Numbered from the stretch's first letter, positions 1 to 10,001 are shown. The stretch: DNA of 64,000 nucleotides from an archaeon (GCA_024278335.1 JAJRTJ010000001.1:94020-158019); one strand, 5' to 3'. Numbers and translations: made by a program. Notes: generated by a model not told the origin, from the letters alone.

Positions 1-1709
1 ATACTGCAAATCAAATTCAGCATGTTACTCAGCTTTTAAATCAGGGAATTGTTCCAATTGAAGTAGGGACACTTAGTCCAGATGTTTTTGAGCAGATTCC
101 TGACGAGCAATTAAAAGAAATAAATCGTCTTTCAAAATTAACTAATGCAAAAGTTTCTGTTCACGCTCCTATGATTGAGCCATCTGGAATTGCAGAAAAA
201 GGAGGATGGAGTGAGTCAGACCAAAAGCTTGCAGAAAGAAGACTGCAGTCTGTTTTTGAAAGGTCTCGCCAATTAGACCCAAAAGGACATGTTCCAATAA
301 CAATTCATGCATCAAATATTCCTGGAATGGAATTAGAAAAAATAGGCAAAGGAAAACCCCAAACAAAACAAATGATTGCAATTAATCAAGAAACAGGAGA
401 ATTAACTCCTCTAAGAAGGGAGAGAAAATTTTACCCAATACCTTATGATGAAAAAGAAAAAGAGCCTATTCCTCTTACTCTTGACGCAGAAGGAGAAATT
501 TATACTCCAGAGAGAGAGCTGGAAGCATTAAATCACACTAAATGGGATAATGCTGTATCTTCTGCAATTTTTCAAAAAGACAAGGCAGACCAGATTATTG
601 AAACCCACTACCCTCTTGTAAAAGATGTTTATCCAGATATCATTCAAGGAGGGGAAAAATTAAAAGATGCTTTTAAGGGTCCTTATAGAGATGTTATTGC
701 AAGAGTGCAGACTGCACACGAGCATCTTAAGGAAACAGCAATGCAAATGAGGGCTTTATTTAATAAAGCATTTCAATATTCATCTGAAGAAGAAAGGAGG
801 AAATTAATAAAGCTTTCAGAGCAGTATAAAAAAGATTTAGGATATTTTGATAAAAAGAAATCAGAGGAAGAAAGATTACAGGCACAACTTGATTTAGAAA
901 GGCAGTCAAAGGCTCTTCAAAAAATGCTTGAAGGGCTTAAGCAAGTTCAGCCAAAGCTTTATGTGCCTGTTGAAAAATTCGCTGTTGAAAAATCTGCAGA
1001 AACTTTTTCAAATGTTGTATTTGATTCTTTTAAGAAAAATCCAGATTCTGCTCCAAAGCTTTCAATTGAAAATTTTCATCCTGGAAGTGCCTTTGCATAT
1101 GGTAAGCAGTTAAATGAATTAGTTCTTAAAACAAAAGAAAAATTTATTGAAAAGGCAAAAAAACAAGGATTTAGTGAAGAGCTTGCTGCTAAAAAAGCTG
1201 ATGAGCTTATTCAAGTTACTCTTGATATTGGCCATTTAAATATGGCAAGAAAGCACGGCTTTGAAACAGAAGATATTATTAAAGAAGCAGAAGCAATTGC
1301 AAAGCATGTTGGACATGTTCATATAACAGATAATTTTGGATTTTATGACTCTCATCTTCCTCCGGGAATGGGCAATGTTCCAACTAAAGAGATTTTAGAA
1401 AAATTAGAAAAAGCAGGCTTTAAAGGGAGGACAATTGTCGAGGCTGGCGGATGGGTTCAGCATATGGGAACCTCTCCTCATCCTTTTGCATTAGAAGGCT
1501 TGGGAGCCCCTCTTTATGCAGATAAGCCAAGTCCTTATTGGACAGAAGCAATGAGGATGAATGGAGATTATTATGGAGGATATGGTTTAATGCTTCCTCA
1601 GACAAATTATGAGATGTTTGGAGCAGGTTTTGCATCTCTTCCTGCTGAATTAGGCGGTTCAAGAAACGGGGCTAATGGAAGCAGAATGTCTGGAAGACCA
1701 ATGGAGTAA
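1..1709 (+). CDS. Xylose-isomerase/AP-endonuclease-2-like TIM-barrel metalloprotein with a large helical insertion (5' partial)
   Basis: Frame is open from base 3 (TANQIQHVTQLL...VSVHAPMIEP). Metal-ligand-type motifs SIENFH, LDIGH, HVHITDN, DSH, TIVE are present. Confidence 0.75.
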   Translation, partial: TANQIQHVTQLLNQGIVPIEVGTLSPDVFEQIPDEQLKEINRLSKLTNAKVSVHAPMIEPSGIAEKGGWSESDQKLAERRLQSVFERSRQLDPKGHVPITIHASNIPGMELEKIGKGKPQTKQMIAINQETGELTPLRRERKFYPIPYDEKEKEPIPLTLDAEGEIYTPERELEALNHTKWDNAVSSAIFQKDKADQIIETHYPLVKDVYPDIIQGGEKLKDAFKGPYRDVIARVQTAHEHLKETAMQMRALFNKAFQYSSEEERRKLIKLSEQYKKDLGYFDKKKSEEERLQAQLDLERQSKALQKMLEGLKQVQPKLYVPVEKFAVEKSAETFSNVVFDSFKKNPDSAPKLSIENFHPGSAFAYGKQLNELVLKTKEKFIEKAKKQGFSEELAAKKADELIQVTLDIGHLNMARKHGFETEDIIKEAEAIAKHVGHVHITDNFGFYDSHLPPGMGNVPTKEILEKLEKAGFKGRTIVEAGGWVQHMGTSPHPFALEGLGAPLYADKPSPYWTEAMRMNGDYYGGYGLMLPQTNYEMFGAGFASLPAELGGSRNGANGSRMSGRPME

Positions 1710-1747
1710 ATATTTAAATACTGAAAAATATATATTCAAGAATAAAG

Positions 1748-1912
1748 ATGGTGGGTAAAAAAGCACAAACAGGATTAGTTGTTAGAATTATTGCAGGATT
1801 TGTAGATGTTGTTTCCCTACCTTTTTTAATCCTTAATCCTTCAAATGTATATGCTCAGATAAGTTTTGGTTTTGGAAACTTTTTACTTTTGTTGGGAGGT
1901 TTAATAGAATGA
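1748..1912 (+). CDS. Small hydrophobic protein (54 aa) with class III signal/prepilin-like KKAQ motif
   Basis: Hand-translated MVGKKAQTGLVVRIIAGFVDVVSLPFLIL...LLLLGGLIE*. Its stop overlaps the next ATG (ATGA). Confidence 0.55.
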   Translation: MVGKKAQTGLVVRIIAGFVDVVSLPFLILNPSNVYAQISFGFGNFLLLLGGLIE

Positions 1913-2067
1913 TAGAAGCATTAAAATTTGTCCCTCTTGGGATTATGACTCTTACATTAGGAATCCTCTCAAGTTTTAAAAAAACAAGAGAAAATAAAAC
2001 GAGTTTAATAACAGCGTTTATTCTCTGGCTATTAACTTTTTTATTTGCAATAGGAGTTTTTGATTAA
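1909..2067 (+). CDS. Small two-helix membrane protein (52 aa)
   Basis: Hand-translated MIEALKFVPLGIMTLTLGILSSF...LITAFILWLLTFLFAIGVFD*. Tightly coupled to both neighbours. Confidence 0.55.
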   Translation: MIEALKFVPLGIMTLTLGILSSFKKTRENKTSLITAFILWLLTFLFAIGVFD

Positions 2068-2068
2068 A

Positions 2069-2920
2069 ATGCCTAAGAAAAAGACTAGAAAAAAATCTTC
2101 AAAAAAAGAAAAGAAGATAGATGAAAAAAATATTACAACACTTCATATAAAGCATGAATCAGATATTGCTCTTGATTTTGCAACAAAAGTTTACAAGAAC
2201 TTTGACAAAATAATCAAATCAATAATTCTATTTGGTTCAATAGCAAAGCAGAATGCAGAGCCTGGCTCAGATATAGATATTATAATTGTTTTAGATGATG
2301 TTTCAGTTCACTGGGACCAAGAAATGATTGCATGGTATAGAGAAGAGCTTGACAAGATAATTGAAAAAAACCCCTATCAAAAAGAGCTTCATATTAATAC
2401 AATAAAATTAAGCACTTGGTGGGAGGATTTAATGAGAGGAGACCCGACTTTGTTGAATATCCTTCGGTATGGAGAGCCGTTAATTGATTTTGCGGGATTT
2501 TTTGTTCCACTAAAATACCTATTAATTAAAGGAAAAATAAAAGCAACTCCTGAAGCAATTTACAGCTGTTTGCAAAGAGCACCGACCCATCTTGGAAGAA
2601 GCAAAGCAGCTGAGCTTGGAGCAATAGAAGGGCTTTACTGGGCAATGGTTGATTCTGCTCATGCAGCGCTTATGACAGCAAATGTCTCTCCGCCATCTCC
2701 AGAGCATATTCCCATTGATTTAAAAGATGTTTTTGTAGCACAAGGAATGTTAAAAATAAAATATGTTGCATGGTATAGAGACCTTTTAATGCTTCATAAA
2801 AAAATAACTCATGGTTTAATAAGTGATTTAAGGGGAGTTGAATTAGACCTTTGGCAACAAAGAACAGAAGAATTTTTGCAGGTTATGACTGATTTAGTTA
2901 AAAAACAAATTGAAGAATAA
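2069..2920 (+). CDS. Nucleotidyltransferase (Pol-beta/MNT-type) domain fused to a HEPN-like helical domain
   Basis: LFGS...GSDIDIIIVLDD signature followed by a helical C-terminal domain. ATG at 2069 is preferred over the track start. Confidence 0.8.
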   Translation: MPKKKTRKKSSKKEKKIDEKNITTLHIKHESDIALDFATKVYKNFDKIIKSIILFGSIAKQNAEPGSDIDIIIVLDDVSVHWDQEMIAWYREELDKIIEKNPYQKELHINTIKLSTWWEDLMRGDPTLLNILRYGEPLIDFAGFFVPLKYLLIKGKIKATPEAIYSCLQRAPTHLGRSKAAELGAIEGLYWAMVDSAHAALMTANVSPPSPEHIPIDLKDVFVAQGMLKIKYVAWYRDLLMLHKKITHGLISDLRGVELDLWQQRTEEFLQVMTDLVKKQIEE

Positions 2921-2949
2921 GTTTTTAGAAATTAAATTTAAATAAAAAA

Positions 2950-3543
2950 TTACTCAGAGTTTTCTTTTGGTGCAAGAGCCTGTTCAAGAGATTTTCTTGA
3001 TTGGTCAGCTCCTCTTTTAATTGCTTCACCAATACCCTCGGTGGCAATTATTTGCAAGGCATTTCCAACAATTTGTTTCTTTAATTTATTGTCAAGGTCT
3101 TCAATATATTTGTCTTTAAGTTCCCTTGAAACATCTTTTCCCTTTGTTTGAGTAATATCTAAAACATCTCCAACCTTTAAAGCTAAAAAAGAAGACATAT
3201 AAACTCTCTCTGCTGTTTCAAGTAATTTATGTGCTGTAATGTTCCGAGTATGTCCATAAACATCTGCAACCTCTCCTCCCTCTTCTGCTGCCTCCTGTGC
3301 TTCCCTTGCTCCATCTAAAAATGGTTGGGCTAATATTTTAGCAGCATAAGCACTGGGATTAGTAAGAGCATCAATATATTCGTTTGTTGTTGCATAAAGT
3401 CCTGCTTTTCCATAATCTTCTGTGTTCCTTCCTCGTGATGCAATAAAAAATTTTCTTGCCGCACTATCTTCTACAAGTTCCTTATTAAACCTTCTTGCCT
3501 TTTCTCTTATTTCCTCTTCACTTGGTTGATTATTTTCTGCCAT
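2950..3543 (-). CDS. Hypothetical protein
   Basis: 197-aa ORF with normal composition and no recognised motif. Confidence 0.6.
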   Translation of the reverse strand: MAENNQPSEEEIREKARRFNKELVEDSAARKFFIASRGRNTEDYGKAGLYATTNEYIDALTNPSAYAAKILAQPFLDGAREAQEAAEEGGEVADVYGHTRNITAHKLLETAERVYMSSFLALKVGDVLDITQTKGKDVSRELKDKYIEDLDNKLKKQIVGNALQIIATEGIGEAIKRGADQSRKSLEQALAPKENSE

Positions 3544-3622
3544 TTTTTCTTAATATTTCAAGAAATATATCCTTTATAAATCTTTCTATTGTGTTGTTAC
3601 AAAATAATGGTAACAAAATAAA

Positions 3623-4180
3623 TTAATCTTTAGAACTCTCTTTTCTTAAATCCTTATAATCAACTCTTATTTTCCCGGGAAGTTTTGATTTGATTTTTTT
3701 AATTTCTGCTCTTGCAAAAGCAACTGCTTTTTCATTCTCAAGATAAAAAATAAATATCGGAGATTCAGGCTTTAAAATCGCTGCTTTGCCCATAGATTTT
3801 CCAAAAGACAACTGCATCCCTGTCTGCATACGGTCTGCTCCTGCTCCAGTAAGCATTTTATTTTCTCTTTGAATATGATGTGGAAAAGGAACAATCTTAA
3901 ATATATAATTTCCTCCTAATTCAGAATCTAATTTTTTATTTAAATACTGCCTGCATGACTCCATTGCATTATGCCTTAATTGAACTTTTTCAGTTGAAAC
4001 AACAGTTAATTGATGCGGGAGCTTGCCTTTTTTAAGCAAATCTGTTTTTCCCATTGTAAATTTAACAATTTTCTGAGCAGGCACCATTTTAATGAAAGAT
4101 TTTTGCCTTCTCTTGCTCACTCTTGTATAAGGAGTAACTTTTCTCTTTGAATACGCATTTGCTTTTCGCAGTGTTGCCAT
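3623..4180 (-). CDS. rpl10e: 50S ribosomal protein uL16 (L10e)
   Basis: HIQRENKMLTGAGADRMQTGMQLSFGK and AMESCR motifs. Confidence 0.95.
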   Translation of the reverse strand: MATLRKANAYSKRKVTPYTRVSKRRQKSFIKMVPAQKIVKFTMGKTDLLKKGKLPHQLTVVSTEKVQLRHNAMESCRQYLNKKLDSELGGNYIFKIVPFPHHIQRENKMLTGAGADRMQTGMQLSFGKSMGKAAILKPESPIFIFYLENEKAVAFARAEIKKIKSKLPGKIRVDYKDLRKESSKD

Positions 4181-4441
4181 TTATTTTATCTCCACTTTTG
4201 TTGCAATAGCCTGCCCTGGAAGGCCTTTTTCAAAAATAGCTCTTACAACTCCTTTATTTCCATGGACACCAGAAATCTTCCCCCTAATTTCTTTTCCTGC
4301 AGGAGACTTCCAAACAACTTCTTTGCCAATAAATTTCTCTGCTTTCTCCCGATTATCAGAATCCTCTACTTTAATAAGAAAATGCTTCTCAGTAATTGTT
4401 TTTCTTCCTCTTCTAAATTGAATAACTTTTCCACTTGTCAT
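4181..4441 (-). CDS. rpl35ae: 50S ribosomal protein eL33 (L35Ae)
   Basis: GKISGVHGNKGVVRAIFEKGLPGQA motif. Adjacent to L10e. Confidence 0.93.
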   Translation of the reverse strand: MTSGKVIQFRRGRKTITEKHFLIKVEDSDNREKAEKFIGKEVVWKSPAGKEIRGKISGVHGNKGVVRAIFEKGLPGQAIATKVEIK

Positions 4442-4590
4442 GTTAATTAATCAGAAAAATGGTTTATAAATCTTTTCTGAGAAAAATTTATAGTGCAGAA
4501 ACCCAGATTCAAAATCGCAGGGATATTATTTATCTTACGCAGGAAAAGATAATTTCCGAGAGTAAATTAATTATCAATTTCTCTTTCAAC

Positions 4591-5814
4591 TTAATGCTCT
4601 AAAACAAAAATATCTCTTCCAACAGTCTTGCCTTCACGAAATTCCTGAATCGGAAATCCCTCCACAAGCTTTAATCCTGTTTTTTCTAAAATCTTTTCAA
4701 TATTGCAGGAAATTCTCCCTTCTCTTGTCTTAATTAACGGGGATGTAAAAACAAATCTTTTTGAAACAGAATTTTTAAGATTATTCAAAACCTCAATCAA
4801 TAAGCTCTCAAATCCTTCAAGCATTTGCTCTGCTTTTTGTTTTGAATATGTTTTTCGCACAATTTTAATTTTTGTTTTTCTTTCTCTTTTGTCACTCATC
4901 AAAACTTTTCTTAAAGTCATTCCTAAGTCAGGCTCACTAACCAAAACTTCTGCAGGTTTAATTCTTACCTTGCGGGAATCATTATTAATTAAAACATACT
5001 CGCTTTGTTTAAACTTCCCCCAAGCAAGATTTTTCTTAGCTCCTTCAATTGCTTTTTTGTCAATATCAATTCCAATCACTTTCAAATCTTGCAAAAGCGC
5101 TTCATATAAAATAACACCAATTCCGCAAAATGCATCAACCAACTTGCCTGCCCCAGAATTCCGCATTTTGGGGTATGCCGATCGGCTCCCAACCTGAGAC
5201 AGATTAATCATAATCTTAGAAAGTCGAGGAGAAATCGCTAATTCAGACCTTCGCACTGGTTTTTTCATGTCCCTTTTTTCTAATTCCTTATAATCGCAAT
5301 ATTCAATTATCTTTCCAAAATAAAATTCTTCAGATTCAGTAGAGGGTTCTTTTCTTGAAAAAATAAAAAATTGTTCGTCAATCAAAGAAGACCCGACAAT
5401 TGCAACTCTTTTTTCATCTTGCAGTTTCAGCTGGCCAGTTAATTGCTTTTCAGTTGATTTTAATTTTTCAGAATTAAATCTTTTTTTTATATATTCTGAA
5501 ACTTCTAAATAAGCATCATTAGAATAATTCCAAATTACATAATTGAACTTATTGCTCTTCCCAAAATAAAGCTCTTTTTTATCAAGGTTTTTTAGAACAT
5601 CATTTAAATTTCCTATTGATAAAACCTCTCCAATTGCAATTACCCCCCCAAGTTTTTCAAGAGAGTTTTGTTCTAATTTCCGGTCAATTTCCACGATTAA
5701 AGCATTTTCTTTAAGAAAAAAATTAATAATTTTATAATCAAATCTCTGCAAAAAACTCAAAACTTCTGCTTTTGAAAGCTCTACATTTCTCCCCAAAATA
5801 AACAAGTATTTCAT
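4591..5814 (-). CDS. Trm11/Trm-G10-like SAM-dependent RNA methyltransferase
   Basis: N-terminal FILGRN..LSKAE, ISPRLSKIMINL, VDAFCGIGVIL (motif I) and SEPDLG (motif IV-like). Confidence 0.75.
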   Translation of the reverse strand: MKYLFILGRNVELSKAEVLSFLQRFDYKIINFFLKENALIVEIDRKLEQNSLEKLGGVIAIGEVLSIGNLNDVLKNLDKKELYFGKSNKFNYVIWNYSNDAYLEVSEYIKKRFNSEKLKSTEKQLTGQLKLQDEKRVAIVGSSLIDEQFFIFSRKEPSTESEEFYFGKIIEYCDYKELEKRDMKKPVRRSELAISPRLSKIMINLSQVGSRSAYPKMRNSGAGKLVDAFCGIGVILYEALLQDLKVIGIDIDKKAIEGAKKNLAWGKFKQSEYVLINNDSRKVRIKPAEVLVSEPDLGMTLRKVLMSDKRERKTKIKIVRKTYSKQKAEQMLEGFESLLIEVLNNLKNSVSKRFVFTSPLIKTREGRISCNIEKILEKTGLKLVEGFPIQEFREGKTVGRDIFVLEH

Positions 5815-5844
5815 AAAATCAGGAATTAAAAGAGGTTTATAAGA

Positions 5845-7638
5845 TTATTTTATATACCCTCCTCTTTGCAAGTTCCACAACTTTCTATATGGTCCTGGCT
5901 TGCTTATTAATTGTCTGTGAGTTCCTTGCTGAACAATTCTCCCCTTATCCATTACAACAATTTTATCTGCTTTCATAATAGTAGATAATCTATGGGCGAT
6001 TATAATAGAAGTCCTACCTTGCATAAGTTTTTCTAAGTCTTGCTGAATCTCATGTTCTGTCTGCGAATCCAAAGCAGAAGTAGCTTCGTCTAAAACCAAA
6101 ATTTTCTTATTTGCTAAAATAGCTCTTGCTATGGAGACTCTTTGTTTTTCTCCTCCAGATAATTTAACTCCTCGCTCTCCTACAATTGTATTTAACCCAT
6201 TTGGAAAATTCTTGATTATCTTGTCCAACTGAGCAAATTTTATTGCTTTAAGCACTTCCTCTCTTGTTGCAGAGGGATTTGAAAATGCAACATTTTTGTA
6301 AATTGTATCATCAAATAAAACACACTCTTGGGGGACAATAGACATCTCACTCCTTAAGGATTCTTTTTTGACACTTCTAATATCTTTTCCATCTATCTTG
6401 ATTTCCCCAGAATCAACATCATAAAGTCGATAAAGCAGCTTAATCAAGGTTGTTTTTCCGCATCCAGAATGCCCAACTAAAGCAACTTTTTTATTTTTTG
6501 GGATTTTTAAACTAAAGTTTTTAATGACTTTTCTTTTATGATAACTAAAATTAACATCATTAAACTCAATAACCCCTTCCTTAATCTTCAAATTTTTTAC
6601 ATTTGGAGCATTTTTAACTTCATTCTCTATCTTACCATATTCAAAAAGACCATTAAAATCAGCCATTGCCCGATAATAATTTCTAATTCCATGAACAAAA
6701 CTAAATAATGGCCAAAAAATGTTTCCATAAATTGTATAAATGAATACAAGGGTTCCAATAGTTACTTTTCCTTCTAAAAAATCCATTAATGGAAAATAAA
6801 CTAAGAAAAACATTCCAACAGCAAGTATTAAAGATTGACCTGCGTCTTGCCATTTGAAAAAATCCCAGTTTTTAATTGTTGCCTGTTTTGTAAATTCAGA
6901 AACTTTCCTAAAATTATTTTTAATAAGAGATTCTTTTCCAAAATATTTCACAGAATCAATATTAGTAAAAATATCTGAAATCCCTGCTTTTTCCCTGTCT
7001 TCTGCGTCATTTGCCCTTACACTATATTCTTTTTGAATTTTTTGAATAAAGACGCTATAAAAAATAAAGACTGCACAAGTTACAAGAACAACAATCGCAG
7101 GTTTTGCACTAAAATATACTAATGAACCTACAACAATTATTAAATTAAACACCAATGGAGCAACATTAAAGACAAGCACATCAGTCATTCTTTCAATTGC
7201 CCCCCCACTTCTTGTTAGTTTTGAAATCAAACTTCCCGTTTTGTGTGTTGTATGAAACCCATGAGACAACGAGACAATGTGATTAAAATACTTTCTTTTT
7301 AAATCAGCCATTAATCCTGCACTCAGCCGATTGACAAAATGAATATACATCCAGGCAAACACGTTTTTCACAAGTTTTATTACAAGAAATGCAACTGCAA
7401 TGTAAATTAAAATCATGACAAAACCTTCTCTCAATAAATCTCCTGCAAGAAACTCATTACCCTTATCAATGATTATCTTAAAAAGAAATTTATCTACAAC
7501 ATTTCCTGCTTCTACTAAAAAACTAATAAGTAAAATAATCCCAAAAAGAACTTTATATTTTTTTAAAAAATTCCAGTATTCACTAAGATTATACTTATAG
7601 TCTATATTCTCTGAATTTTTTTTATTATTTATTGCCAT
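5845..7638 (-). CDS. ABC exporter, fused permease/ATPase (type IV, MsbA/Atm1-like)
   Basis: TM domain, Walker A GHSGCGKT, signature LSGGEKQR, DEATSALD, AHRLST. Confidence 0.92.
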   Translation of the reverse strand: MAINNKKNSENIDYKYNLSEYWNFLKKYKVLFGIILLISFLVEAGNVVDKFLFKIIIDKGNEFLAGDLLREGFVMILIYIAVAFLVIKLVKNVFAWMYIHFVNRLSAGLMADLKRKYFNHIVSLSHGFHTTHKTGSLISKLTRSGGAIERMTDVLVFNVAPLVFNLIIVVGSLVYFSAKPAIVVLVTCAVFIFYSVFIQKIQKEYSVRANDAEDREKAGISDIFTNIDSVKYFGKESLIKNNFRKVSEFTKQATIKNWDFFKWQDAGQSLILAVGMFFLVYFPLMDFLEGKVTIGTLVFIYTIYGNIFWPLFSFVHGIRNYYRAMADFNGLFEYGKIENEVKNAPNVKNLKIKEGVIEFNDVNFSYHKRKVIKNFSLKIPKNKKVALVGHSGCGKTTLIKLLYRLYDVDSGEIKIDGKDIRSVKKESLRSEMSIVPQECVLFDDTIYKNVAFSNPSATREEVLKAIKFAQLDKIIKNFPNGLNTIVGERGVKLSGGEKQRVSIARAILANKKILVLDEATSALDSQTEHEIQQDLEKLMQGRTSIIIAHRLSTIMKADKIVVMDKGRIVQQGTHRQLISKPGPYRKLWNLQRGGYIK

Positions 7639-7690
7639 TTGTTGTTTTTTATACCTGAAAGCTTAAATATATCAAAACCCTTAAAATATC

Positions 7691-7798
7691 ATGCAAGAAC
7701 GGGTTCCAATACAACATTCAGTTCAACATGAAAGATTATTAGAACTCGATCTAGACAATGAAGACTATTCTATTCAAGAGCCGGACAAAGCTGAATAG
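7691..7798 (+). CDS. Possible small protein (35 aa, or 55 aa to 7858 if the TAG is read through)
   Basis: MQERVPIQHSVQHERLLELDLDNEDYSIQEPDKAE* preceded by an AT-rich TATA-like box. Short, no homology recognised. Confidence 0.3.
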   Translation: MQERVPIQHSVQHERLLELDLDNEDYSIQEPDKAE

Positions 7799-7878
7799 CC
7801 AGATAGTAATCTGTTTAGCAAAATTATGTTTTTAAAGTTTTTGATTTTATTTTATTAAATTTCTTTATCCTATACTAA

Positions 7879-8037
7879 TTAAATAAATTTTTCTCCTTCG
7901 TGCTTCTGCAAGTGTTTCCCAATCCATAAAAAACCCCGGTCCCAACAGTATGGGAATGAAGGCCTATATCCTTCTGGAGGTCTAGCCCAAGGATTTTCTC
8001 CTGTTTTCTTACTTGGTTTTGCTTGTGTTATTATCAT
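7879..8037 (-). CDS. Possible small protein (52 aa)
   Basis: ATG overlaps the TGA of the upstream SixA-like gene. MIITQAKPSKKTGENPWARPPEGYRPSFPYCWDRG... Confidence 0.4.
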   Translation of the reverse strand: MIITQAKPSKKTGENPWARPPEGYRPSFPYCWDRGFLWIGKHLQKHEGEKFI

Positions 8038-8495
8038 TTTATTTTTGAATAAGTTTTATTACTTAAATCAAAGTAAATTCCTTCTGCTTTTTCAAGCTCT
8101 CTAATTTCCAACCTATCCCCCTCAAATTCTTTTGAAAATCTACTATATGGAAGGGTCCCGGAGATAAGGGGCTTATGAGTAACTAAAATCAATGCCTCTG
8201 ATTTATCTTGATACTTTTTTATAATCTTTTTCCAAGTCTCTGGATAAAATTCAAAATTATCTTCAGATAATTCATAGGTCTCTTCTATTTCACAATCCAA
8301 GCAATCTGCTAATACGCAAGAACTTTCTACTGCCCTTTGCTCAGGAGAAGTAAGGATAAAAACAGAAGAATCCTCAACAATACTTTTTATTTTATCCCCC
8401 AGGTCTCTCATTTTTCTCTGTCCTTCAGAAGTTAATTCCCCTCTTGGAGAATAATCTCCATGCCTTATAACAAAAAAAGAACTGAGATTGCTCAT
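8034..8495 (-). CDS. Histidine phosphatase superfamily protein (SixA-like)
   Basis: N-terminal VIRHG, LTSEG, LTSP..RA.ES and LVTH motifs. Confidence 0.82.
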   Translation of the reverse strand: MSNLSSFFVIRHGDYSPRGELTSEGQRKMRDLGDKIKSIVEDSSVFILTSPEQRAVESSCVLADCLDCEIEETYELSEDNFEFYPETWKKIIKKYQDKSEALILVTHKPLISGTLPYSRFSKEFEGDRLEIRELEKAEGIYFDLSNKTYSKIK

Positions 8496-8707
8496 CTCTC
8501 AACATACCTCCTATCAAAATTCTGCATTGTTACAGAAGTATAGACTGTTCCATCTGGGCAGAAGCATAGGGGAAGAGTTCCACTATATTTCTCGTCTGTT
8601 TTCTTATCTAATGTCCGGTTTGCTTCTTTTACTTTTGCAGGCTCACCTACAAAAATTTTCAGGCGTTTTTTTCTGCTACTTCTCTGTATTAAATTTATTT
8701 TTGCCAT
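8492..8707 (-). CDS. Small hypothetical protein
   Basis: 71 aa, with ATGA coupling to the SixA-like gene. Confidence 0.5.
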   Translation of the reverse strand: MAKINLIQRSSRKKRLKIFVGEPAKVKEANRTLDKKTDEKYSGTLPLCFCPDGTVYTSVTMQNFDRRYVER

Positions 8708-8825
8708 TTTCTCTCAAAAGTTTATCACTATGAAATTATTGCCTTAATTCTTATATATAAACATTTGTTCTCCCAATAGGGAGAGGATTAGAAAGATATT
8801 TAAATAACAAAAATTCCCAAATAAC

Positions 8826-9956
8826 ATGCCTTATGAAGAATTAGACGAACTTTTAACAGAAAATGAGAAAAAAATCTACTTAGAATTACTAAAACTCGGA
8901 GAGTCAACTGCAGCCCCAATCCTAAGAAAAACAGGCTTGCAAAATTCTGTATTTTACAGAACAATTCATAGGCTCTTAGAAAAAGGATTTATAAGTTATA
9001 TATTGAAAGGAAAGATAAAACATTTTAAAGCATCAAATCCAGAAGTTTTTTTGACTTTTCTAAAAAACAAAGAAGAAAAAATAAATGAAATCATTCCGCA
9101 ATTAAAAAGCATGCAAAAAATTTCTAAGTCAAAGACAGAAGCAGAAGTATTTTTCGGGATAAAAGGTGTTCTCTCAATGCATTATGCTTTAATTGAAGAT
9201 GCAAAACCAGGAGAGGAATACTATTTCTTTGGACCGGCAGAACAAGTCTTTCAAGAATCTATTGAAAGGGTTTCCATTTCATTTAGGAAATTTAGAGAAG
9301 AGAAGGAGATAAAAGTCTATGGGATATTAAATAAAAATATCAAAGGAAAAATAACAAAATTCAAAAATACAAAAGAAAAATATGTTGATTCTCCTCTTCC
9401 TCCAAACATGGCAATCTTTCGAAATAAAATTGCAATAGCAAGCTGGGGAGAAGTTCCAACAGGAATTCTAATAAAAGGAAAAGATATCGCAGACCAATAC
9501 AAAAAATTATTCAAGGAAATCTGGAATACTCCTGTAAGTGTTCATGAAGGAAGAAAAGAAGAAGATCTAATCAAGGAAATTTTCAATTATCGAGGAAAAG
9601 ACGGAGTTCTCTCTTACGGCAACATGGATGTTCCAGAAGACTTATACCTTGAAGAAACCCAAGCCTTAAGAAAAATGAGATTAGACAAAGGAGTAAAAAT
9701 AAGAATGTTAACCAATAAACTTCCGAAAGAAATAACAAAAGACAAAAGATGGAAAAAATTAACTAAAGTAAGGCTCTCAAATGAAGTCAATAAAATGACA
9801 ACATGGACATATATTTTTGGAAACAAAGTAGCAATAACTTCTCTAAAGAAGAAACTTAGAGGAATTATAATTGAAGATGAAGAATTTGCAAACACTCAAA
9901 GACAAATTTTTGAAAGCATGTGGGGGCAGGCTAAACCACATAAACCAAAGAATTAG
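8826..9956 (+). CDS. TrmB-family transcriptional regulator with a tandemly duplicated effector-binding domain
   Basis: N-terminal LTENEKKIYLELLKLG wHTH and two repeats ending in I..NKIAI/YIFGNKVAI...GI.I....A..Y/Q.F..W. Confidence 0.82.
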   Translation: MPYEELDELLTENEKKIYLELLKLGESTAAPILRKTGLQNSVFYRTIHRLLEKGFISYILKGKIKHFKASNPEVFLTFLKNKEEKINEIIPQLKSMQKISKSKTEAEVFFGIKGVLSMHYALIEDAKPGEEYYFFGPAEQVFQESIERVSISFRKFREEKEIKVYGILNKNIKGKITKFKNTKEKYVDSPLPPNMAIFRNKIAIASWGEVPTGILIKGKDIADQYKKLFKEIWNTPVSVHEGRKEEDLIKEIFNYRGKDGVLSYGNMDVPEDLYLEETQALRKMRLDKGVKIRMLTNKLPKEITKDKRWKKLTKVRLSNEVNKMTTWTYIFGNKVAITSLKKKLRGIIIEDEEFANTQRQIFESMWGQAKPHKPKN

Positions 9957-10001
9957 TTTTTATTTTAAAAAGAATTTCATTCATTTCCCTTGCTATTCAT
10001 C

